Part shown: in pieces, positions 51,541-63,399 of the stretch
Position numbering within the stretch: the stretch's first letter is position 1
Layout: the number at the start of each line of letters is the position of its first letter
Assembly (NCBI GenBank): GCA_013265495.1
Contig: MU058221.1
Span: 2,046,001 to 2,110,000, forward strand
Source: Vicugna vicugna
Lineage: Eukaryota
DNA length: 64,000 bases
Reading direction: 5' to 3'
Program-made: the position numbers and the translations under genes
Notes under the pieces: generated by a model
What the model saw: only the letters and a program-made list of their open reading frames with translations
Told to the model about the DNA's origin: nothing
The model's database searches: none

Positions 51541-53070
51541 GAGAGATTCTGGAGCTGTTTGCAGTGTTTGAGAAGGGGCTCCAGTGCCTGCTTCCGGGCG
51601 GTGGTTCTTGGCAGGAGTGGGGGCTCCTGGAAGAGAACCGTGCTTCTGTGTTGGGGGACATTCTCCTTGGGGAGAGCACTCCTGTACCCCAGAAAAGCAG
51701 CGTCCGTGAAGCCGGTCTTGCTTCTGATGTTGGCCTCAGGGGGGGGGGGAGCGGAAGAGCCACCCCGTGTCACTGGCCGAGGGCACGTTTACAGCTCACT
51801 GCTGCTTTCTGGCAGTCTCATTCTCAAGGATTTTATCTTTTTTTTTTTTTTGTCTAGCGTTCTTACTTAAATGTCCTTACAGAATCCGTCTTCAATTCAC
51901 TGCATCTAGTTATTTAGCTGTCTAGAGAAACAGGCTGGCACCGCTTGCAACACTGTGCTGACCGTGTCTTAGGTAATGACCCTACTGTGCTCGTCGTCTC
52001 GGCCCACGTTCATTCAAGACGTTCCGTTTTCTGGTGTTCTCTTGCGCCCCGTAAACACACTAGACGTTCATTGTGACTTTAGTCACTTCGCTTGCTCTTG
52101 GATCTGAAGTCAAGAGCAGAAACTACAGCATTTGGAGCTTTGCTGGGGACTGACTTTCTTGGCAACCTCCAAAAAAAGTTTTAATCTGCTCGCCAGGACG
52201 CGTGCCGGTGACAGTGACCGCAGCACCCGTGTTCTTTTCTAGCACACTAGAAAAAACGCAGAGGTGTCGATGGCTCAGTGAACAGAATGTGGAGCCGTGG
52301 CGTTCCCTTCCCTCTCACACTTCTCAGAAAATAAAGGTTCAGAAGTCTGTAGGAGATAAGTTCTTTGTAACGTATTAAAAGCTGTGTTACAAGATTAAGC
52401 AGCTCTAGATACAGAGCAGAAGGAGGTTTGGCAACTGAGATCTGTATTCAAATTATAATACTTAGTCAAGGAGTGATAAAGTCAATCTAATTTTAGTTCT
52501 CGAAGTTTTAGCTGGTTAATGAAATCTGGGTACTGCGTCATTCAGCGCCTTCAAATCAGATTCACCGTTTTGATTTTATAAGATGGAATTCAGAGATAGC
52601 AGAAGTCTTCAGAAGTCCTCGGTGACTGACGCATGAGCAGAGGGCATCGATGGTCCACCATGTGTCGATCCCTCGCTCACCTCCGCCCTGACTCTGAGGC
52701 TCAGGATCGGGTACTGGTTCTCCTCACGCAAGGCTCAGAGGCGGTCCCACGTTGTGTTCTGTTGTATCTCCTCCCTGAGGCTGGCTACCCTGACCAGCAC
52801 TGCACAGTTCAGTCTGCGAAGGCGCAGCCTCCAGTTGGCTGGGAACTTTGAGCTACTGGCACGTCTGGCCTTCGTCCTGATGACCTGAGGTCATCTGCGT
52901 GAGGTGAACAGCTGTTCGTCTGCACAGAGTCTGTGTGCTTCCACGTCTTCCAGAGGATGAGGCTGTGTGATGTGTGTGCGCAATGTCGTGAGCGAAGGCT
53001 GTGTAAAAATGGCGAGATGACAGTGCTGTTTCTTGGCAGTTAATTTCACAGTTGTCCTTTTACCTTTAAG

Positions 53071-53266
53071 GTGACGACCCTTGTCAACACAAGCAACAAA
53101 GGCCCGTCTGGTAAGAAGAAGGGGAGGTCAAAGAAGGCCCACGTGCTGGCCGCGTCTGTGGAGCAGGCCACTCAGAACTTCCTGGAAAAGGGCAAGCAGA
53201 TCGCCAAGGTGAGTCAGGATCTCAAGGAGGAGCTGGTCGCTGCCGTGGAAGACGTGCGCAAGCAAG
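53071..53266 (+). CDS. CTNNA2: Catenin alpha-2 (alpha-N-catenin) internal coding exon, N-terminal dimerisation/beta-catenin-binding region, about aa 35-100
   Basis: Translates VTTLVNTSNKGPSGKKKGRSKKAHVLAASVEQATQNFLEKGKQIAKVSQDLKEELVAAVEDVRKQ(G). TSNKGPSGKKKG, ATQNF and SQDLKEE match CTNNA2 rather than CTNNA1 or CTNNA3. Pyrimidine tract plus acceptor ccttttacctttaag ends at 53070; donor caag|gtgggc starts at 53267. Length 196 nt, phase 0 in and phase 1 out, as I recall for human exon 3. Confidence 0.97.
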
Positions 53267-53764
53267 GTGGGCCGATGGTGCTGCTCTGCGGGGGGAGGCT
53301 GGGGTGGGGGCAGGGGACTCTTCTCCAGGGAAACGAGGCTGCTCAAAGCATTGGCCTTCTTCCTTTTTCCTCTCCGTCTGCACCTGTCGCTTTCCATCTG
53401 GGCTGGAGCTGGGTGCAGCAGACAGGGGGAGATGCCGCTGTATCTAGCACAGCCACGAACACTCCTCATCTGCTGCTGCTTTCTGAGTAGATGAAACCAG
53501 ACACCTGTGTCAAACTCATGCTTTCGGGAGTTTCGTGTGAGAAGACTTTTTACTAGAGTCCCTGGAAGTCCAACATTTTAAGGATGCAGGGAGGAGACAA
53601 ATGTGAAGTAGTGTAATAGCATTATTGCTGCTTTCTGTGATTCCCATGATTTGTATTTTCAGTTCATAGCTTTCCTCAAAAATCCACCCAGCCAGCTAGC
53701 TGTCGGCAGAGCAGTCAATTATACAGCTAGAGAGTTAGCTCTGAGACTGTTTAATTCAGCGTGT

Positions 53765-54772
53765 TTTAAATTTTCAAGTGGTGAAATGCACGTAACATAA
53801 AATGCATCATCTCGCCCATGTTTTAAGCGTACAGCTCGGCGAAGTAAAGTGTGCTCACCTGGTTGAGCGGCCAAGCTCCAGAACGACTGCATCTTGCAAA
53901 ACGGAAATTCTGTGCCTGTTAAACGGCCCCGGTTTCGCCCTCCCCCAGCCCCTGGAGACCACTGCTTGACTTTCTTTTTCTGTGAGTTTCACGACTCCAG
54001 TGCCTCACGTACGTGGAATCATGCAGCGTTTGTCTTCTTGTGACTGGCTTATTTCGCTTAGCGTGATGTCCTCCCGGCTTCTCGTGCTGTGGCACGGGTC
54101 AGAGCACCCTTCCTTCGGGGGCTGAGTAATATTCTGCTGTGTCTTTATGCCACATTTTCCTTATCCTTCCATCCACTGGTGCACGTTGTGCTCCTTTCGC
54201 CTTTTGGCTATTGTGAATGATTCTGGTATGAACGTGGGTGTACAAATGTCTGCGTTCAATCCTTTTGGATTTATATCCAGAAGCGGGACTGCTGGATCAC
54301 ATGGTGGCCCTATTTTTAATTTTCAGAGGAATCTCCATGCTGTTTTCCACGGCAGTTGCCCCATTTCGCACGTCCACAAACAGTGTCCACGGGTTCCAGT
54401 CTCCCGACGTCCTTGGGGGTACCTGTTACTTCCTGGTTCTTTTTATCGCAGTCATCATGATGGGTGTGAGGTTATGTCTCGTTGTGGTTTTGATTTTCAT
54501 TCTCCAGTTGTCAGTTATCCTGAGCCTCGTTTCACGGGCTCCTCGGCCACATCTGTATCTTCTTTGGAGAAACACGTTTTCAAGCCCTTGCCCATTCTTT
54601 GCTCAGGTTGTTTGTCTTTATTGTTCTTGCTGTTGTTGAGCTGTAGGAGTTCTCGGTATTAAAGCCCTTATCAGATACTGTTTTGCAAATATTTTCTCCC
54701 ATTCTGTAGGCTCCTCTTTCACTCTGTTGATTGTGGCCTTCGATACACAGAAGCTTTTAATTTCGATGTGTT
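53765..54772 (-). mobile_element. L1MB-like 3' fragment (ORF2 end plus 3'UTR)
   Basis: IKSFCVSKATINRVKEEPTEWEKIFA on the minus strand; gactggcttatttcgcttagcgtgatgtcctc; ggatttatatccagaagcgggactgctggatcac. Confidence 0.9.
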
Positions 54773-55014
54773 GTTGTTCAGCAGCTTGAGTTGAAAATTC
54801 TAAGACATTACAAAACAAACAAACACCTCCCCCGCAGCCTGGTTTCCCGCCTCTGTTTTCTGAGTGAATGCCCCGCGGACGTGTTCAATTGCATAAATCT
54901 TGGTATCCTTCTTCCTGCTTCCCTCTCCTTCCAGATGCCTTCTGTTACAAAGACAAGTAGGTTTTAACTCCTGAATATCGCTTACATGAACCAGTTTCTG
55001 GTTCAGTTATTCCA

Positions 55015-55350
55015 AAGCACCGTGTTTTACCTGCCCCAGGGCCTTTACACATGCTGTCCCCTCTCACGCAGTTAAGGATGACTCATTCTGCACATCCCAG
55101 CTCAGGAACACCTTCCCGGGGGAAGCTTCCCTGACACTCCTGTCACACTTTCTCACAGATCTTTTCCTTGTGGGAATATTAGTCATTATTAAGGTGACTT
55201 GACTGATAGCTTTTTTCCTCTGCCGCACTAGAAGTTAATGAAGGTGGAGACCACACCGTGGCTCTTTGTGATCATGGGTTTGTAATGCTTAGTACTCGTA
55301 AGGTGTAAATCAGTATTTGTCTAATGAATGAAGAAGTAGATGGATGAATG
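55015..55350 (+). mobile_element. L2 3' fragment
   Basis: cctgccccagggcctttacacatgctgtcccctc...ggaagcttccctgac...tatttgtctaatgaatgaa. Confidence 0.65.
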
Positions 55351-55707
55351 CTTTGTCCCCTTTCTCCTTGCAAACCTGCCACTTTCTAAATTCACAGATG
55401 GCTATTTAGTCCTGGGAGAGACCAGCCACCCATACCAGCAGCCACCCTTCCTCCTGCTGTCTTCTTCTCATTCTCTTCTTCCCTCTAAAAGTTTTTTTTT
55501 TTAACATTACACTGATGTCAATTGTTGCCTTCATTTGAAATGTTAAACCTTACATATTTTACCTCATGTGGATGGAGGGTATTTGTGTGTGTGTTTTAGC
55601 AGCAAGAATGTTTTCAGGTTTCCAAGTTTGAACACTGGTGTTCTTGCTTTCCTGCAGACGGACAGTTGTGTTCATACATCTGTAGCCTGGATACTTTTTC
55701 TCCCCCC

Positions 55708-55830
55708 TTATTTTTATGTTGACGGATAGATAATAAATTTCGTATGTTTAAAGTGTACAATTTGGTAAGTTTTGCCAGGTGTGTCCACCGTGCACCCGTC
55801 ACCGCCGTCGAGATGGTGCACCTCTCCCCC
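55708..55830 (-). mobile_element. Old L1 3' end
   Basis: atgtttaaagtgtacaatttggtaagttttgccaggtgtgtccacc. Confidence 0.65.
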
Positions 55831-57939
55831 GTGTGTGGAGTTTTGATTCACTGGCCCCCAGGCCATTTTCTCGGAGGTTTGTCTGTCATGTTCTTACATT
55901 TTTCCATTTAGTTTCCTCAGCAACCTCTTAGCTCTCCTTTATTTTTCCCTTAGAAGGCAGTTTCCACACCTGCTGTAGAAACTAATATGGTAGATTTCTC
56001 CAGTCTTACATGAAGTGATGCTTTGTGGGCATAATGTAGTGAACAACATAGTTCTTGGCCAGACTGTCCTGGGATTTTAGGGTGAGAGATTTTAAAGATG
56101 CTAATTTAAGCTTCTCGTGGTTATTCTTCTAGAGGACGTTTTAAATTTCCATTTCACTACCCATTTCTTGTTACAGAATAATTATGCGTAAGAAACAGTG
56201 CTTGCGTTTAAAGCCCGACTGCCACGTGTCCCTTCTCCTGAACAGGGTCGAATTCCAGGAAACACTGCTGGACAGCAAAACACAAACTTCACTGGCAAAC
56301 ACCTTTGAAGTTCTCCTTTTGCGCCTCTTGTGTTCAGACGCCCCCGCTGTCCGGTGCACTGCGGGTGTCTGGCCCGCGTGGGGTGCCTGCCTCTCCTCCC
56401 GGCAGCAGGTCCTCAGCTCCTCTGCACGTTCTGTGCCCACAGGCTCTCTTAGCTGCTCGGGTCCCCGACTCAGTTCTGTAGTGTGTGAGCTCCTTGGCCC
56501 GTCTGGCTTTACCCGCATTTTCTGTTTGCCCATTACCCAGATTTTATTCACAGATGCGAGCCTGAGTTGATTTTCAGAGAGAGTTGGGAAGAACAAGAGT
56601 TTGAGGAGAGCAAGTGAGGCTTAGGGCAGAAGTACTGTTACTGAAAATCCAGCCTCTCCAACAGCCAGACTGAGACGCGGCGGCGGAGACTGGGAGCCCG
56701 TCCTGGGGCTGGGGTCTTGAGTCTGATAGAAGAGCTGGGTGGGACAGAAAGGCAACAACAAACAGGGCATTTTTCCAGGGTGCCCTATTCTTCTTAGTCT
56801 TGATGAATCCGCCTGGAGTCACGGGGAGACTCTGGAGGGCCTGGTGATCCTCTGAGGCTGTCGGCCCATGGCCTCCCTCCTGGAGCACAGCTCCTGGGTC
56901 GAGGGATAAGCGATTCTGGGTAAAGAATGTCTGGCGAGTGGGGAGTGTAAGGGCAAGGTTGGGGGCTGTTAAGCACAGAAATAGTGGAGCAGGTGAAGCC
57001 AAGGTGGGGGTTTGTTAGAGAAAAGAGGAAAACAAGTTGCAGGAATTTTAGGTCAGAGTGAATCAGCAAGGAGCTTTAGCATCAGGGAAGCCATCCTGTT
57101 AGTTAGTTTCCCAGTCTTTTCAGTATTTAGTCCTTGGAATTTTAAAACATAGAATCTTTCCTTCCAATATAGCAGTCTACTTCCTAATACGTAAGACGAC
57201 ATTCAGAAGCTGTGAAAACACAGACATTTGGAAAAAAAAAGTCCTCCTTTAAAGTGGCTCTAGCTGTCATCCATGCCTGCTTATTAAATGGCATATGGTT
57301 TAGGAATTACGCCTGTTAAAGATAATCTTTTACTATTGAGTTGTTTTGCCTTTTTTAAAAATCGAATGGTGAAAAGGCTCGCCACACTTGAAGAACATTT
57401 CCAGCACGAGTACATGCCTGAAGCCTGAGGGCTATAAATCTCCATTTTCACATTTTTTAATATAGAACCATTTACTGTTGCTCCTTTGAAGTTTCATAAC
57501 ATTCATGATTATAATTACTGTAATCTGCCAAGATTATATATGAAATTATCTATTTAACTGTGTCATTATTGTATCTCATGGTTAAACTTAGCGTTGTGTG
57601 AATTTATCATTTAAAAAATACATCTTTTAATCCTAGACTGCCAGGATTTTTTAAGTGCTCAGTATGTGTGGTGACAGTATTTTTACCCTACGCTGTTTCA
57701 GCAGGAGAGTTCCCTGTGCTTTTAAGTTATAAACTAAAAAAAAAATAGGCCTGTGACAGCATTTATATTAAAAAAGTAACAAAAGTAAATTACCAAAATA
57801 TATATAAAGAAGAGAAATTGTATTCAAAGCTTAAAACACTGGGGAAGGCTAGTGGAGAAAACAGTCTGGTTTTACAAGGCAAAGCGATGATGACTGGTGA
57901 TTGGGGGGTGGGTCCAGAAGCTCTGAGTTGAGAGGTTTA

Positions 57940-58900
57940 TGTCCAGGCATAGTTAGAAATACGGTAAGGGGACAGAAAGGGACCACAGTGGGGAAAGTTC
58001 AGGAACTGGGTTTCATGTACACAACGTAATGAAGGAGAGACAGGAAAAAAAATGCTTTGGTTTCTACCCATTTAAGTGATGTTTTAGAAAGATTCTTTTG
58101 GCAACTTCATGCAGCGTTGACTAAATCAGAGCAAGACTAGACTCAGATTGCTTAGGTGTTATTGTAACATGGCAGAGAAAACAAAACAAGAAAGAAACGC
58201 TTTGAGAGTCTGGGATTGGAGTCATGGTCCTGGGAATAAAAATTAAAAAGTAGATGTTACAGACATTGCCAAAAAAGAATGAAAGAGTCACCACTTGTTG
58301 AAGGGAAGAGACAAAACTCTATATTTATTCTCTGTTTTTGGCCCTAGGCAACTTGATTCGGACAGCTTAAGGGCTGACGGGTGGGGGAGAGGATCTCTTG
58401 GATTTCAAACATTGATGGAGAAGGGGACCCTGCCTATCACGTGGTTAATGCTACGGAAATGGAACTTTGGGGCAACAAAAATGTGCAAGTTTTTGGAGCT
58501 GATGGATAAAGCTTTCAGAACTAGAACTTTCTTTGATTACTTGCCAATTGGTAAAGAAGAGAAGAGGTTTTGTTCTGAAAGAAAGGCTGAATTAGGATTA
58601 GAAATTGGAATAGAAATGAGTCTGAGAGGGAAGCCTTGCCTTGAAATGGGACCAGAGAGCAAAGCTAATGCAGAATCCTGAAATCCAAGAGAACAGGATA
58701 TTCTGCAAGAAAGACAGTGATCAGTCCAGTCTCTTGAATGTTGTTGCAATCATGTCAAACACTTCTGAGATTGTGGAGGATGAAGAATGAGAGAACTCCC
58801 TGGATTTGCCAGAAAGGTGTCATTAATTATATTTAAAGTACGTTTTCAGGAAGCTGCAAGGATGATCGTTAAATAAAAAAGATGCTGAAAGAAGAGAGTA
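57940..58900. mobile_element. L2 remnants
   Basis: gttttagaaagattcttttggc, gcaagactagactcag, gatgaagaatgagagaactccctggatttgcc. Confidence 0.5.
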
Positions 58901-61900
58901 GATGGTGACATAAAGGATGTAGGCAGGAAAGCTACCCACCCCCTTTTTTGGTCCTCACTGCAGCATATGCTGCACATACTTCGTTTTGCTCCTGAAGATA
59001 GTCTGGGACTCAAACGTGGGGCCCTGTGTTATTATTTTGTGTTATGTCTGGAGCCTGGGACAGTGCCTTGGCCATGTGAGCACTTAATGCACGATTCAGA
59101 AGACTGTCACAGAAGGGAAGGGGAGAAATAGAGGAGTAATTGGAGAAAACGTTAAGGGCAAGCAAAAAATATAATTACTTGACTGCTTGCGTGCTTATTT
59201 TGTTCCGCGCAAGTCAGAAGTTTCAGAACATACGTTGAGAGAGGGAGCCACTGGTGAGACCCATTGTGGACATGAAGGGGCAAGACGCAGGTTGGTCGCA
59301 GGAGGTGACACAGATGGGACATTTCTCTACCTAGAAAGCTGGTGGGGGAGAGGGACACAGCCGGCAGTGGTTTTACAGAAAACCCGAGCACGGAAGCAGA
59401 GTGGACGAAATGATCTCAATTGTTTTGAATAAGAAAGGGGGCAGTTTTAACGGACCGTGGAGATCTGATGTGAGACCACTGTTGTGGACTTGTGCATGTT
59501 TTTGCCTGTTGCTGGCATCTGCGTGGATAGCATATGTTTCAAAGGATTTTATTTCTTGAACACTCGTCCCTTGGATGCAGCTAAAATGGCCAATTTGTAA
59601 CAGGCTTAACTGTCCGAGAACTTTTCATGTGATGTGTTTATTTGGAGTGTGACAGCGTCCGCTAGCGACGGGAGGCTCACCCAGCGTCTGCGCATCGTCT
59701 CAGATTTGAAATAGGTCCGGAAGCCGTCCTTTGAAAGGAAGGCGCTGCCTTTCGTGTTTGCTCAGTCAGGGGACCCGTTCACTGGTGGGACGCAGCCCTG
59801 GTTCCCGTGCTGCTCCGCAGGCCTTGGGGCCGTTGCCTGGGTTTCCTGTCTTCAGGCAACAGCCCACTCTGTCTGGGGCATGACCCATCGGAACAGGTAA
59901 GACCTGGCCCGGCCGAGAAGCCGTGCCAGGCGAGGGTGTGGACAGAAACGTGCATGGCCTTAACCCAGGTCTAAGAGGGGGTCACAGAGCAAAATGACCA
60001 GAGGTACAGACGAAAGAAGTGGCTTCTTCATGGAGCTATTTCCTGAATCAAAGAGCTGCTCTAAGCTTTCACTGCTCATCTAGGATTGTCTTTGTTTTCA
60101 TACAGCGTCAGATGTGGAGTGACACGCTGATGCCAGCTGTCCCATCGCTGTTACTTTCTCACCCAGTCAGTATTTACCGAGTCGCTGATGACCACTGGGT
60201 AGAGACAGACAAGCCTGAGGCAGAGCTGTAGACGGAGGGAGAAAGGTGGCCTCACGTCTCTGAGGTGACTGGGTGGCCTGGCGGCTTTCTCCTTCCCCAC
60301 CCACTCTGGGGTTGGGATGCGGTGCTGGTGGAGTGCGTTATCCAGCAGAAACCCCAGGGGCTGTCAACTGCGTGACACCCCAACTGAGAGCTGGTGCAGG
60401 CCGTCCGTGGACGAGAAGCTCCTGATGCTAAGTGGCCCTGCCTGTCCTCCTCCCGCCGCCCTCTGATATGGAAAGCAGCGCAGTGGGGGAGGAAGGACGG
60501 CTGTGTCCTCTTTCTTGCCCCACTTTCCAGAGTCAGTCTCTCTAAGGAGGAGAAGCAGCGGGGGTGCTTTTGCAAGGATTCTAGAGTCCCCCACTTGTCC
60601 TCTTTCTCAGGGTCCTTTGCTGTGGGACCCTGCTCTTTGCATCCTGAATCCTCGTGTCTCCTAGAGCTACTGAGCTTCCTTGTCTGCGCTGGGCTGCTGG
60701 CTGGCTGGCTGGTTACCCTTAGGTAGGTGGCACTTCCTGTGTTGGGACGTGCGATCCTGTTGTCGTTGGCTCAGATTTCACTCCTGTGTGGTGGGAGGGC
60801 TAGGGGCGCAGCTTCAGAGGAGAAGCGAATTCCAGGACAGAAAAATGGGGATTTGAGAGGGAAGACTCGGTAAGAAAGAGGACTCACCTCTCTCTGCCCG
60901 TCTTACTTCTTCCAGCCTGGACTCGGCTGCTTACTTCACTAAATAATAGTACCCGAGTAATACTGTTAATAGAGTGCATGTTTATTACATCAAGGAGGGG
61001 CAGACCTTGACGTTGGTCCGGGGGGCATGTCTTCAGTCTCGGGGTGCAGCGGGGCAGGGGTCTGGGGACGGTCCCTATGTCCACGCGCTGCTGTTCACTG
61101 TCCTTCCCCGGGCGCCTCCTCCTCTCCTTATAGAGGCGTCTTTCACAGGCAGTTCTCAGAGTGAAGTTCACAGACCACCTGGCTCAGAATCCCCCGGGTG
61201 AGGATGGGAGAGGTCCATAAAGACTCTTGTCCTTGGGTCTAGCCACAAACCTAGATTCAGGGTGGCTGGAGTGACCACCGGGAAGCTGTATTTCCAGGTA
61301 GCACTGCAAGTGAATCTTATGCTTCCAAAACTTGAGAATTGCTAATAGCCCAAGCTTATTACGTCTTTAGACACACCATCTTTAATCACTTTAAGTCTTT
61401 TTTCCATTGAAAATCATGCCATCCAGGAATGACATAAAGTTTCTGAAATTTTGATATCGGAAGTTTAAAGAATACTAAAAAACCTGGCGGTACAGACAAT
61501 GACAAAAATGATTAAAATGAAGAAAAAAACACGTAAGCGTGAAAACGCATACATCTTACGATTCATCTTGTGCAGATTTTAACGTTTGCAGTAGTTTTAC
61601 CTGTTGCATATTTTGTTGAATAAAACACACCTCTGTGCAGCAGTTTGCACCAGGCGAGGGACCAGAAGCATCTCACGTCAGCCTGGAGCCCTGTCTATGG
61701 CCCTTGTTACAACATCCTGGGAGACAGTGGGAGACAGTTCTTCCGTCTCACCCCTCTTTCTGGAGCCCGTGGATTCTGAAAATGCCGTAATCTTTCAGCA
61801 AGAATAACAAACAAACAGCAGGTTCCATTTATCGGTTGTTGCTCCATTTGTAATACACCTCGTGTATATTCTCTCAGCGTCGTTCTGTTGGCCATCCAAG

Positions 61901-62149
61901 TGCTTTTACCCGTGTTTTATATAAGATGATAAGATGCTGAAAGAGCTGCGTGTGCATTAACTGACTAATCTGACGGACATTTATTGAGTATCTGTTACGC
62001 GTATGAGCTTTTGGGGGCTGAATATGTAAAATGCAGAAGAAAGGAAACACGTTCTCTGCCTGTAGGAACACTGCATTCTGATACGACACAGACCATATGA
62101 AACAAACCAAGCGGGGCTTATAGAAGTGCAGCTTAAAAATGGAACTACC

Positions 62150-62710
62150 AAAAGCATAATAAATAAAAGAGAAATTTGATAAGTTGAACTATGATTAAAA
62201 CCTTTTTCTCTGTGAGAGAGAATGCGGAAGAAAAACCATAGACAGGGAGAAAATACTTGTCAGTTATGTATCTGATAAAGGACTTGTATCTAGAATATAT
62301 AAAAAGCTCTTAAAACTTAACAATAAGAAAAGGAACCACCAGGTTCCAAAATGGGCAAGCGACTTGGGCAGACAGGTCCGCAGTGAAGAGATACAGATGG
62401 CAAATGAGCACATGAAACAGTGTTCAGCATCACTTGTCACTGGGGAGGTGTAAATTAAGACAAGAACGAGATTTCACTATGTGCCTCCCAGAACTGATGA
62501 CGTCCCCAAATTAACAGCAAACGCTGGTGAGGAGGACGTGGAACAGTAAGAATTCTTATTCATTCAGACGCAAAGTGGTGTAGCCACTTTGGAAGCCAGT
62601 TTGGTGGGTTTTTTTGTTTTGTTTTGTTTTTTATAAAACTAAACATAGAATTTCCATACAACCCATGAGTCTCAGTCCTAGGGATTTACCCCGCTGATTT
62701 GAAACTCCTG
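62150..62710 (+). mobile_element. Old L1 ORF2 3' fragment
   Basis: tatctgataaaggacttgtatctagaatatataaaaagctcttaaaacttaacaataagaaaa; gatacagatggcaaatgagcacatgaaacagtgttcagcatcac. Confidence 0.85.
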
Positions 62711-62754
62711 TCTCTAGAAAATCACCAAACCTTGTTGCATTTATTAAAAATGTA

Positions 62755-62915
62755 TGCTTTTTATTTCAGAATAATTTTAGATTTACAGAAAATTTGCAAA
62801 GGTAATACAGAAAATTTCCATAACCCTACACCTGGTTTTCCCTGTTATTAACATCTGATGTTATTTTGGTACATTTCTAACAATTAATGAACTAGTGTGA
62901 TACATCATTAGTTGA
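62755..62915 (-). mobile_element. L1MC/ME 3' end
   Basis: aataattttagatttacagaaaatttgcaaaggtaatacagaaaatttccata. Confidence 0.7.
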
Positions 62916-63399
62916 GCTGAGCACAGTAGTGAAAAAATACATAATAATTAGCCCTTAGGCGTATGTGCTTAGCAAAAGCGGGAAGGACCAATGCAGTGTG
63001 GATGGTGAAGTATTCTTAAACTGCCTCGCAAAGAGTGGTAAATTATACATCTGCATGAATAAAATGGGAAATTTAGTGTAAAAGATTGCCAGCTCAAGAC
63101 TATTGCCTTTAATACCTTTTATTGAGGTCCAGCCTCAGTAAAACTGTTCCTGCCTTTCACAGAAAAGATTTCAAGAGGCTTGCACGGATATACAAAACAC
63201 AGTAAGAAAGAAAATAGAAATCCGTGGAAAAGAAGGAAAAAAACAATGGCAGTGATTCGAGAGGAGCCAGGAAAATGGCTCATGCGCCTACACGTGGGTG
63301 CCCAGGCGTGCCTTTCATCCTGAGCCACCCCAGGGTGGGCCAGGCGGCAGGAAGGGGCGTGCGTGGCGGGACGTGGGGGCGAGGGACTTTGCAGCGGAC

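Larger units (their letters stand above)
1..53070 (+). other. CTNNA2: CTNNA2 intron upstream of the exon (partial; the ATG-containing exon was not found in the window)
   Basis: No MTSATSPIILKWDPK-coding segment seen. Repeat-rich non-coding DNA ending in a canonical AG. CTNNA2 is known for very large introns. Confidence 0.8.

Noticed and set aside
53267..53490. 3' part of the 139-aa ORF 53071-53490
   Set aside because: Catenin similarity stops at the GT donor at 53267. The remainder is intron read-through, and the initial 'M' is a GTG valine right after the acceptor.
58959..58974. Perfect 16-bp palindrome TGCAGCATATGCTGCA
   Set aside because: About one is expected by chance in 64 kb (64000/4^8), and there is no supporting context.
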